This document shows, in pieces, positions 50,809-60,446 of a DNA stretch of 64,000 bases. Positions within the stretch are counted from its first letter, which is position 1, and the number at the start of each line of letters is the position of its first letter. Made by a program: the position numbers and the translations under genes. The stretch covers positions 320,001-384,000 of the forward strand of contig CBDFIQ010000001.1 of the NCBI GenBank assembly GCA_965248195.1. Reading direction: 5' to 3'. The notes below the pieces were generated by a model. The model ran no database searches, was not told the DNA's origin, and saw only the letters and a list, made by a program, of their open reading frames with translations. Source of the stretch: Longimicrobiales bacterium (GTDB lineage: Bacteria; Gemmatimonadota; Gemmatimonadetes; Longimicrobiales; Gaopeijiaceae).

Positions 50809-52865
50809 GTGGACGGGCAAGATGTTGCGGGAATCAAGGTGAGGCGGAACAGCCAGGCTATTACCAAACTCAAGGCTCATGCAGAGCATCTGCTCTGAAT
50901 CGCCCCGGGTTCATCGGAGACTGTTTGACTTGAGTGTCAGAGGCTCACCTGGAGCGTCCTGACGCGAATAATACAACTCTTCGTACTCGGCCGGCGGGAT
51001 ATGGCCGTGGGGCTCGAAGAGGCGATGGTGATTGAACCACCAGACCCATTCGAGGGTGGCGAGCTCGATGTCTTCGAGGGTGCGCCACGGACCGCGTGGA
51101 CGAATGAGCTCGGTCTTGTAGAGTCCGATGATCGTCTCGGCCAGGGCGTTGTCATACGAATCCCCCCGGCTGCCTACGGACGGCTCGATGCCTGCCAACG
51201 CCAGGCGCTCGGTGTAGCGGATAGACAGGTACTGCCCCCCGCGGTCGCTGTGATGCACCAGGCGCTTGTCTGCGTCGTCCTCGCGTTCACAGATCGCCTG
51301 CTCGAGAGCGTCGAGCGCTAAGTCACTGCGTAATGAGTTCGAGACCCGCCATCCGACGATGCGACGGCTGAACGCATCGATCACGAACGCCACGAAGACA
51401 AACGCATGGCCCGTCCGCACGTACGTGAGGTCCGAGACCCACAGCTCGTTGGGACGTGCCGCGCTGAAGTCTCGGTTCACGAGGTCCAGCGGGCGCTCGT
51501 CGCCCTCCGCCGTGTGCGTTGTCACCTTGAAGCGCCGCCCTCGCGTAACCCCACAAAGCTCCAGTTCCTTCATGAGCCGAGCCACCGTGCATCGAGCCAC
51601 GGTGATGCCTTCCCGGTTCAGCTGCTTCCACACCTTCTTCGCCCCGTAGACCTGGAAGTTCTGCATCCACACTCGACGGATCTCCGGCTTCAGCATCTCG
51701 TCGCGCTGAGCCCGGACCGATCGTAGCGTCGGATCTGCCTGCATCGCCTTGTGCGTGTAGTAGGTCGACGGAGCGATCGGCAGTACCTCGCAGATCGGCT
51801 CGACTCCGTACGTGGGCCGGTAATCGTCGATGAAGGCCACCATCACCGAACTCGGCGGTCGAGCTCCGCCTGTGCGAAATACGCCGATGCCTTACGCAGA
51901 ATCTCGTTCGCCCGCTTCAGCTCACGATTCTCACGCTCCAGCACCTTCAGTCGCTCACGCTCTTCTGTCTTGAGACCGGGCCGTTGCCCCGTGTCTCGCT
52001 CCGCTCGTCGAACCCATTTACGTAGCGTCTCCGCCGTGCACCCGATCTTCTCCGAGATCGAGCAGATCGCCGCCCACTGTGAGCTGTACTCAGGCTCGTG
52101 CTCGAAAACCATCCGAACGGCTCGCTCCCGTACCTCTGGGGAGTACTGTCCTTTCCTTTTCATGACTCCATCCTCTCAACTGATGGAGTCTCCGGCAAAC
52201 CCGGGGTGATTCAGCTCGACAACTATCGTGAGACGGTAACGACCCTCGCGATAATGGAGCCGATGGTGTCCAACAGCGCCGTGCGAGAGTCGTGCGGCCG
52301 CGGCGATGCGCGCTGGGGCTTCCTAATCGTGCGTAGCACTCTTTTCCTCAACGTGGTTCTGCGTATTGCCAAGCTTGTCTTTGATAAATATTCCAGTACT
52401 CCGAGTGTCCATACGATCGTGGATGAAGTCATGCATCCCGAGGTAGCCGGGATTCTGAAGAACGAATACGTGGATGGGTACTGTGCCGTCGACTCTTCGA
52501 GCGATAGATCGCTTCACGAGGGTGAGTTTGACAGCCACTTGAACGAACTGCGGTCCCTAGCACAGGAAGTCAAAGCCGATCCGTTGTTCCTGTGCGCAAA
52601 GAAGGTGCGAGACAAGTCCATTGCTCACTGGGAAGTGGTATATAGGAACGGCAAGTATGAGTTATATGATATTAGCCAACACGACCTGAAGTGGACATCA
52701 CCGCGAGACATGATTGAGAGGCTTAGGCCGGTCATTGACAAGGTTAATCTAGTAGTCCGCGGTGCGTCATTCGGTTGGGAATCCCTCAAATCCGGTAGTG
52801 AAGGCATAGCTGACGGCTACTGGGCGGCGGCGTGTGCCGCTGGACAGCACGACGCAGCCCCCTGA
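50809..52865 (+). pseudogene. HEPN (AbiU2-like) protein of about 244 aa, split by IS3 type 2
   Basis: Removing the IS and one GCTC joins ...KLKAHAEHLL|DNYRETV...; R-x4-H-type motif RDKSIAH. Confidence 0.7.
50896..52213 (-). mobile_element. IS3-family element type 2 (orfA 51843-52163, orfB 50911-51846)
   Basis: TGAATCGCCCCGGG...CCCGGGGTGATTCA IRs; 4-bp TSD GCTC; WVSDLTYV, HHSDRG and DNALAE. Confidence 0.95.
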
Positions 52866-54004
52866 AGACCGCCGCCGCCGCTGGGAGATGGTCGACGAAG
52901 CAACCGAAGTGGCAGCTGCTCTTCGTGCTCCCGAATCTCCTGTTGAAGGAGGGCGGCTCGGGACCCTCTCAACTGGATCTTGGGCTAGAGGGCTTGGCGA
53001 TCGTTTCGGCCACGGATCCGCGAGTCGTCGAGATCAAGGAGTGGTCAGAGGACGCCTGTAGGTTTCTGGGCTCTTTCCACAATGGAGACCGGAAGCCGAT
53101 CATCCCCTCCGTCCTCATCGTACGGAATGACTGGCAGTCGAGACTTGGCCAGGATCCCGAGCCGGTGATCTCGTTTCGCAATGCCGCTGCTCTCGCCTGC
53201 ATCTTGCCCGTTAGAACGGGATCGCCAGAGGGGGCTTGGGGAGGGCCAGCGTGGTCCGACACTTTCGATCTACATCCATGTCAACTGAAGCCTGACGGCT
53301 CACATTGGTCCATTCATACTCCAGCGCTCAACAAGGGCCCCATCCCCTTAGATGAACTATCGCTCACAACCGATTTGGGTCTCTCACGACCACCACCATT
53401 GACCCTTGACTGTCATCTTGCGGAACGCCTTGGTCACGTCTGGTGCAGGCGGTATTGGCGAGGTCAAGACAAGCAAAAGGCGCTGCGGGTCTTTCGCTCT
53501 CTCGAATCGGCTTACGAAGCGCTCGCCATCCGTTTCAAGAACTTCGCATCTCCTAACGAAGTCGGACTGGGGACGGTCCCGTGGGCAACAGCGGTCGAAG
53601 TGTTGGCGTCTCCAGGTAGCAGAAACGTCCAGAAGTGGGACTGCACTTGCCTCATCGATCGGGGACGGCGGCCTTGTGACCCGAGACTCCGGACCCGCAA
53701 GTACTGGTGCATGACGCAGAAGGAAAAGCGACGGTATCTCACTCTTCCTCAGCGGATCTACCTGCATCTCCACGACGCTCGGAGCAAGTTCGTCCACGGG
53801 GACAAGATCTCCCAGAATCTGTTAGCGCCGTTTCCAAACGGAGCCCCGCTATTGTCGCTGGCTTCAACCGTCTATCGCATCGCTCTAGTATCTTACTTAG
53901 AAGAGCACTGGCCGGTGCGTGATGCGTGGTTGCGGGATCTTGCCGGGAGTTTCGACTACGAGCGCCACCTACTTAAGGCGATCGACGGCGGCGACGGGAT
54001 GTGA
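52832..54004 (+). CDS. HEPN-domain protein (ApeA/RiboL-PSP-like architecture), start uncertain
   Basis: C-terminal ARSKFVHG RxxxxH motif preceded by W.TAVEVL; no clear in-frame start near 52890. Confidence 0.6.
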   Translation: MCRWTARRSPLKTAAAAGRWSTKQPKWQLLFVLPNLLLKEGGSGPSQLDLGLEGLAIVSATDPRVVEIKEWSEDACRFLGSFHNGDRKPIIPSVLIVRNDWQSRLGQDPEPVISFRNAAALACILPVRTGSPEGAWGGPAWSDTFDLHPCQLKPDGSHWSIHTPALNKGPIPLDELSLTTDLGLSRPPPLTLDCHLAERLGHVWCRRYWRGQDKQKALRVFRSLESAYEALAIRFKNFASPNEVGLGTVPWATAVEVLASPGSRNVQKWDCTCLIDRGRRPCDPRLRTRKYWCMTQKEKRRYLTLPQRIYLHLHDARSKFVHGDKISQNLLAPFPNGAPLLSLASTVYRIALVSYLEEHWPVRDAWLRDLAGSFDYERHLLKAIDGGDGM

Positions 54005-54061
54005 CGCCGAGTTGACGGACCTAGTTCCGTCGCCGGGCGCGCAAGAAGTGGGAGAGCCACC

Positions 54062-54198
54062 GGGCCGCGTCGTCTGGTGGGCGCACACGGAGAAGGGGGT
54101 CAAGCGCCAGCATCAGCTTGAGCAAGCAGCAGACGGGATCGCCGCGTCATCGTAGGCGCGGACACTTTTGTTTCACCAGCCGCTATCCCCCCTGGCGG
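54062..54198 (+). repeat. About 135-bp direct repeat, copy 2
   Basis: Encodes an orphan GRVVWWAHT (cI C-terminus) and the same leader as copy 1. Confidence 0.9.
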
Positions 54199-54223
54199 GG
54201 GGTGGAGAGAGGAGGGGTTAGCC

Positions 54224-54598
54224 ATGCGTAAGAGCACACCGTTGTTGGCCGTCCTAGCCGCCGCCTGCGTGTCCGTGGGTAAGAGTGTTCTGGATACATC
54301 CTTCCAGACAGCCCCCGTGGAGCGGGACAACGTCTTTGTCTATGTCGCAGGAGACAGCGTTCCCGAGCATACCCGCATCGCTCTGTTGGATGCCAAAGGG
54401 GACACCGACTGGACGGACGAAGGAGACCTTCTCAACAAACTCCGAGAGGAAGCCGGGAAACTCGGTGCGAACGCGATCATTTGGGGTGACACGGAGGACG
54501 CGGGAACCGGGGCCAGAGTAGCCCAGGCGCTCCTGGGGACCAGCGCCAATCGGTCCACGACGGCAGTGGCAATCTACGTACCATCAAGGGAGCGATAG
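54224..54598 (+). CDS. Lipoprotein (YbjQ/heavy-metal-binding-like fold possible)
   Basis: Lipobox AAAC; LREEAGKLGANAII. Confidence 0.75.
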   Translation: MRKSTPLLAVLAAACVSVGKSVLDTSFQTAPVERDNVFVYVAGDSVPEHTRIALLDAKGDTDWTDEGDLLNKLREEAGKLGANAIIWGDTEDAGTGARVAQALLGTSANRSTTAVAIYVPSRER

Positions 54599-54662
54599 GC
54601 CACTAGGCGCACTCGCGGATAGATACGCCTTTTGACGGCCCCGATGTGGTAGAGTGCGTCCC

Positions 54663-54764
54663 ATGACCCTCCGCGTCTTTCGGTGGGACAGCCCACCAGC
54701 CGATACCGGACATCCCGGTAACGATGTCATGTGTCGCTGCGGAGCCGAGGCAGTCTTCGAGTGA
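54663..54764 (+). pseudogene. Orphan C-terminal fragment of a MuF/SPP1 gp7 head-morphogenesis domain
   Basis: [33 protein letters not shown] resembles the F.W..PP..GHPG.D..CRC.A..V end of MuF. Confidence 0.65.
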
Positions 54765-54861
54765 GGAAGCTCTAGCAGCATTCTGAAAGCGTTCGCTTCA
54801 CTCCTTGTAAGATTCTCACAGTCTGCCCTGATCTTCGCTCAAAAAACACCTGTATCACCCC

Positions 54862-54890
54862 TTGACCTAGATACGGCATTGCCGTATATT
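54862..54890 (+). promoter_or_regulatory. TA promoter with palindromic operator
   Basis: TTGACC-17-TATATT; ATACGGCA-T-TGCCGTAT (54871-87); ATG 6 nt after the -10 box. Confidence 0.75.
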
Positions 54891-54896
54891 ATATCC

Positions 54897-55244
54897 ATGC
54901 ACACGGTCATCGAAACTCCTACTTTCATCAGCAAATGCCGGCGATACCGAGTTAGCGATGACGAGCGCGAGGCGATCATCGGTTTCATCGCTGCCAATCC
55001 CGAGTCTGGCGACGCAATCAAGGGGTCCGGTGGTGCTCGCAAGGTTCGGTTTGCCGCTCCGGGAAGGGGCAAGAGTGGTGGCTACCGAGTGGTGACATTC
55101 TACAGCGGCACGGAAGTTCCCGTGTTTCTGCTGTCGATCTTTGCCAAAGGTCACAAGACAGACTTGGCGAAATCGGAAATCAACGCCTTGCGAACCATAC
55201 TGGACGCACTGGCCGACGAGTACCGAAGGAGGATCACACCATGA
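54897..55244 (+). CDS. higB: RelE/HigB-family toxin
   Basis: VIETPTF, NPESGD.I.GSGG.RKVRF..GRGKSGGYRV and LL.IFAK. Confidence 0.85.
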   Translation: MHTVIETPTFISKCRRYRVSDDEREAIIGFIAANPESGDAIKGSGGARKVRFAAPGRGKSGGYRVVTFYSGTEVPVFLLSIFAKGHKTDLAKSEINALRTILDALADEYRRRITP

Positions 55245-55573
55245 CCAAGGCTGGCGAAGAGCTGATCAACGCGGCGACGGAAGCTCTCGAATTTGTGCGC
55301 GATAACGCTGATCATGGGGAGTATCGAGTTCACCTCCCCGATGAAATCAACCCTCGGTTGATCCGCTCACGTTTGAATATGAGCCAGCGAACGTTCGCCG
55401 AGACCTTCACCATTGAACTGCGAACACTTCAAGACTGGGAGCAGGGGCGCCGCGTCCCCAACGGTGCAGCACAAACACTATTGAGGATCATTCACTTTGA
55501 GCCCGAGGCTGCCAAGCGCGCTATTGCGCACGAGTCTGTTGGGGCCGGAGGGCAGGATTCGGAAGTGTTGTAG
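55241..55573 (+). CDS. higA: HigA-like XRE antitoxin
   Basis: IRSRLNMSQRTFA...TLQDWEQGRR.P; ATGA overlap with the toxin. Confidence 0.85.
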   Translation: MTKAGEELINAATEALEFVRDNADHGEYRVHLPDEINPRLIRSRLNMSQRTFAETFTIELRTLQDWEQGRRVPNGAAQTLLRIIHFEPEAAKRAIAHESVGAGGQDSEVL

Positions 55574-55629
55574 GAGCCGTTGCAGATTCCTCCACCTCGA
55601 TCGAGGTCGAGAAACAGGCAACGGGGCCG

Positions 55630-55675
55630 AGCCACGCGGTCAGGTGTACGAGGAGGGATCTGTGATGGAAAAAGG
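55630..55675 (+). repeat. Degenerate repeat of about 45 bp, copy 1 (upstream of CapRel-like gene)
   Basis: AGCCACGCGGTCaGGTGtACGaGGAGG....TGtGATGGAaAA, similar to 58525-58569. Confidence 0.7.
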
Positions 55676-55793
55676 GGCTTCGCTAAAGCAGCCTGTGACG
55701 ACCACGGAGGTTGCAATTGTCGGCAATAACATACTTGCGGTACCCAGGAATGGGGGATAGAATATGATCCCCCGTTTCCTTGAGGATTACCCA

Positions 55794-58440
55794 ATGGCAT
55801 GGAACACGTTGGAGCATACGAAGTCCAAGGTGGATCGGGCTGGGGGAACACTGAAGTCAGGCAACGAGCACGGTACCTTCAAGTCCTTCCAGGACTACCT
55901 AGATCGCACCGAAGCCCTGGACGTTATTAACAACTTCCGCTCGTCACATGGTTATCCACTTCACGTGATTACCATGAGGCTCCGCCAGAATGCGCCTAAG
56001 ATAGATGATCAAGCGATTGTGGCTCAACGGTTGAAGCGTCTCGTCTCGATTGACGCAAAGCTGCGCCGCTTTTCCTGGCTCAAGCTGTCCCGCATGCAGG
56101 ACATAGGCGGTTGTCGGGCTGTCCTAGGGAGCGTGACCAGGGTTGAGCGGCTGCATGAGTGGTATTCTACCCGCCAGTGTGCATCCAAGATGCGGCGAGT
56201 GGACAATTACATCGAGAATCCGAAATCGGACGGATATCGCGGTATTCACTACGTCTATGAGTACCGCAGCACGACCGAGCAATACGAGGTCTACAACGGC
56301 TTCCAAGTTGAAGTGCAGCTACGTTCCGCCCTTCAACATGCTTCGGAACCTGTCAACGACAATGGGACACTCTACGGGATTAATTAGAGAGCAATATCCT
56401 GTGTGGTGAGGGAAGGGATGGGAGGATTGATGTAGACGGCCTCCGGGAGCGGTTTGGGCTTCGGCACACCTGTGACGAAGCGTTCGGGATGAGCGGCCCA
56501 TGCTTCGCGGAGCACGGATTTCCTGCCGGCAATGACCTGATCGGCGTTCCCGAAGTGGACCTGCTCGGGGGTTAGCATCGAGATACCGCCATGGCGGTGC
56601 TCGGCATTGTACCAGCGGAAGAACGATCGACACAACGTCTTGGCCTGGCCCTGATCCCCGAACCGCCCGGGAAACGAGGGATGGTACTTCAAGGTTTTGA
56701 ACTGAGCCTCGGAAAACGGGTTGTCATCCGACACCTGAGGCCGGCTCAACGAGCGAGTCACGCCGAGGTCAGCGAGAAGTTGAGCGGTGCATTGGCTCGT
56801 CATTGGAGCTCCCCGATCCGAGTGCAGGGTCAGGACCCGGGGCTGGACGCCATGCTTCAGGCAGCTCTGCTGGATCAACCGGCCGGCCAGGGCCGAGTTC
56901 TCCCGGTCCGCCACCATCCAGCCCACGACGTAGCGGCTGTAGATGTCCATGATGACGTAGAGGTAGTAATAGCTCCACTTCTTCGGCCCGAGTAGCCGCG
57001 TGATATCCCAGGACCACACCTGGTTCGGCGCCGTGGCCATCAACTCGGGCTTCTTGTACTCGGGATGGGTGCGCTGCGCCCGGCGTTCCTGAACCGGCAC
57101 CTCGGAGGCCAGAACACGATACATCGTGCGTTCGCTGCACAGGTAGACCTCTTCGTCGAGCAGCGTGGCCACCACCTCGGCGGGTGAGCGGTCCACGAAC
57201 CGCTCCGAACACAGCGTGTCGAAGACCTCGCCTCGTTCCGTCTCGCTCAATGCCCGGGCGGGCGTCGGGCGGGGCTGCCGTTGCCCGGTCGATGGGCCTC
57301 GACGACGGTAGAACGTCGATCGGGAGACCTCGAGAGCCGCGCACGCCGGTTTTACACCGACGTGCTTAGCCAGCTCATCGGCCGCCTTCAAGAGTTCGTC
57401 CCGTCGTCGAGGCTTATCCCCAGCAGCCCCGCAACTTTTCCCTGCACGTCGATGATCAGGTGTGCCTTCCTGAGCTCATTCTCGAGCCGTGCGTTTTGCC
57501 GCTCCAGCTTGCGTACCTTCTCATCCAGCGGATTCCGCTCCGGCTTGCGGCCGCGTTTCTTCGACAGGGCCTTCAGCGACCCGCTATGCGCCGCCTTGCG
57601 CCACGTCGTCAGGTGCGACGAGTACAGGCCCTCGCGCCGCAGGAGCTGACCCACCTCGCCGGGCTCGGTGCACCGGTCCGCTTCTTCGACGATCCGCAGC
57701 TTGTACGATGGACTGAACCGCCGGCGTAGCGGCCTATCTACTACCTCCGGGTCCGCAGGAGCTGCCGCGCTTCGCTTGGCCTCCCCGATTCCAGGGGCAC
57801 TACCATTCTCTTCCATTCTCTCTCGCAGTCCCAACATGTTCGTTTTCTCTGCCTTCGCCCTACTCTAATTCTTTGCGTGCTCCGTGTCTCACGTACGTTG
57901 GCAGAGAGGGCTTGGGCTACCGCAACGGAGACAGTATCAACGTTTACTGGCCAACGGCTTAAGGGGGGATTGGGAGAGGTAGAATGGTTTCGCTTCTTCA
58001 CACTTATGGCGAACGCTCTGGCGATGCGTGAGAAACGCGCCCTTGTACCAGACGCCCCAGATGATGAAGGCGAGCTTGTTGCTGAACTGACGGATTTGGC
58101 TGGGACATTAAACGTAGAAGTCGTACTCCGTGGATGGCAGACAGCCATGGAAATTCTAGGGGAGGCCCCTAAGGACGCTAGGGTGTTTCTCCTAGTCCTC
58201 AACCCCACCGAAAGGACCCTGGAGGCGATCCCATTCAGTGCAGAGCATGCAGCACTGGCGTCGAACCGATATCTAGAGGTAGAGAAAGAGATTGCGAAAA
58301 AACCAAATATCGAAGCGGTGCTCGTAAAGACGGACTCAGTCGCGGCGCTAAGGAAAGCGTATCCGAATTACTACGTGGACATGAACTCATTTCTAAACGC
58401 TATGGCTCTGGCGCTTCACTCCCCGGTCTTGGCCGGGTAA
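55794..58440 (+). pseudogene. capRel: Fused CapRel-like toxSAS toxin-antitoxin (about 358 aa), split by IS3 type 1
   Basis: AQRLKR, MQDIGGCR, GYRGIH and EVQLRS.LQHA|WATATE across the IS; C-terminal LRKAYPNYY.D (YxxY). Confidence 0.8.
56344..57910 (-). mobile_element. IS3-family element type 1, copy 2
   Basis: Same as copy 1; TSD CTT (or GCTT). Confidence 0.95.
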
Positions 58441-58524
58441 GAATGTGCGTCGTCAATGCGATCATTCGTCTGAGGCCCGATCCCCGACGGCCACGAACTC
58501 GCCGTCTGGACGGAAGCCTAGGCC

Positions 58525-58569
58525 AGCCACGCGGTCGGGTGGACGGGGAGGACGATGCGATGGAGAAGG
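58525..58569 (+). repeat. Degenerate repeat of about 45 bp, copy 2 (downstream of CapRel-like gene)
   Basis: AGCCACGCGGTCgGGTGgACGgGGAGG....TGcGATGGAgAA. Confidence 0.7.
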
Positions 58570-58681
58570 CGGAGCCCAGCTGCTGTAGGAAACCGATGGC
58601 CTGTCAGAGGGGTTTAACACTTGTGTACGGACTGTCCCAACGTATTTTCTCGGTGCATGGACCCAATATGGGAGGCTGAGT

Positions 58682-60443
58682 ATGAGTGATGCGGAACCTG
58701 TCAACGACAATGGGACACTCTACGGGATTAATTAGAGAGCAATATCCTGTGTGGTGAGGGAAGGGATGGGAGGATTGATGTAGACGGCCTCCGGGAGCGG
58801 TTTGGGCTTCGGCACACCTGTGACGAAGCGTTCGGGATGAGCGGCCCATGCTTCGCGGAGCACGGATTTCCTGCCGGCAATGACCTGATCGGCGTTCCCG
58901 AAGTGGACCTGCTCGGGGGTTAGCATCGAGATACCGCCATGGCGGTGCTCGGCATTGTACCAGCGGAAGAACGATCGACACAACGTCTTGGCCTGGCCCT
59001 GATCCCCGAACCGCCCGGGAAACGAGGGATGGTACTTCAAGGTTTTGAACTGAGCCTCGGAAAACGGGTTGTCATCCGACACCTGAGGCCGGCTCAACGA
59101 GCGAGTCACGCCGAGGTCAGCGAGAAGTTGAGCGGTGCATTGGCTCGTCATTGGAGCTCCCCGATCCGAGTGCAGGGTCAGGACCCGGGGCTGGACGCCA
59201 TGCTTCAGGCAGCTCTGCTGGATCAACCGGCCGGCCAGGGCCGAGTTCTCCCGGTCCGCCACCATCCAGCCCACGACGTAGCGGCTGTAGATGTCCATGA
59301 TGACGTAGAGGTAGTAATAGCTCCACTTCTTCGGCCCGAGTAGCCGCGTGATATCCCAGGACCACACCTGGTTCGGCGCCGTGGCCATCAACTCGGGCTT
59401 CTTGTACTCGGGATGGGTGCGCTGCGCCCGGCGTTCCTGAACCGGCACCTCGGAGGCCAGAACACGATACATCGTGCGTTCGCTGCACAGGTAGACCTCT
59501 TCGTCGAGCAGCGTGGCCACCACCTCGGCGGGTGAGCGGTCCACGAACCGCTCCGAACACAGCGTGTCGAAGACCTCGCCTCGTTCCGTCTCGCTCAATG
59601 CCCGGGCGGGCGTCGGGCGGGGCTGCCGTTGCCCGGTCGATGGGCCTCGACGACGGTAGAACGTCGATCGGGAGACCTCGAGAGCCGCGCACGCCGGTTT
59701 TACACCGACGTGCTTAGCCAGCTCATCGGCCGCCTTCAAGAGTTCGTCCCGTCGTCGAGGCTTATCCCCAGCAGCCCCGCAACTTTTCCCTGCACGTCGA
59801 TGATCAGGTGTGCCTTCCTGAGCTCATTCTCGAGCCGTGCGTTTTGCCGCTCCAGCTTGCGTACCTTCTCATCCAGCGGATTCCGCTCCGGCTTGCGGCC
59901 GCGTTTCTTCGACAGGGCCTTCAGCGACCCGCTATGCGCCGCCTTGCGCCACGTCGTCAGGTGCGACGAGTACAGGCCCTCGCGCCGCAGGAGCTGACCC
60001 ACCTCGCCGGGCTCGGTGCACCGGTCCGCTTCTTCGACGATCCGCAGCTTGTACGATGGACTGAACCGCCGGCGTAGCGGCCTATCTACTACCTCCGGGT
60101 CCGCAGGAGCTGCCGCGCTTCGCTTGGCCTCCCCGATTCCAGGGGCACTACCATTCTCTTCCATTCTCTCTCGCAGTCCCAACATGTTCGTTTTCTCTGC
60201 CTTCGCCCTACTCTAATTCTTTGCGTGCTCCGTGTCTCACGTACGTTGGCAGAGAGGGATGCGCCGGATCGGGCTAAGGTCACGGTGAGGGATTCGGGTG
60301 TCCGTACAGTATCTGTAGCTGACATCCTGAGGAGCAGAGCAGGTCAAGAAGCAATCCGCGAGACGGCCAAGCTCGGGCTCGGCTCCGAGGCCAGTGCAAG
60401 AACAGAGAAGAGCGATCCCGAGGTGAGCCCGCCAGACAGTTAG
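58682..60443 (+). pseudogene. Small 63-aa protein (MSDAPDRAKVTVRDSG...) split by IS3 type 1
   Basis: GGAGG SD at 58671; removing the IS and one ATG joins ATG AGT GAT G|CG CCG GAT. Confidence 0.7.
58692..60258 (-). mobile_element. IS3-family element type 1, copy 3
   Basis: Same as copies 1 and 2; TSD ATG (or GATG). Confidence 0.95.
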
Positions 60444-60446
60444 CAC

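Noticed and set aside
52098..58440. ORFs 52098-52865, 55764-56387 and 57877-58440 as stand-alone genes
   Set aside because: They are chimeras of IS ends and split genes, resolved by TSD analysis
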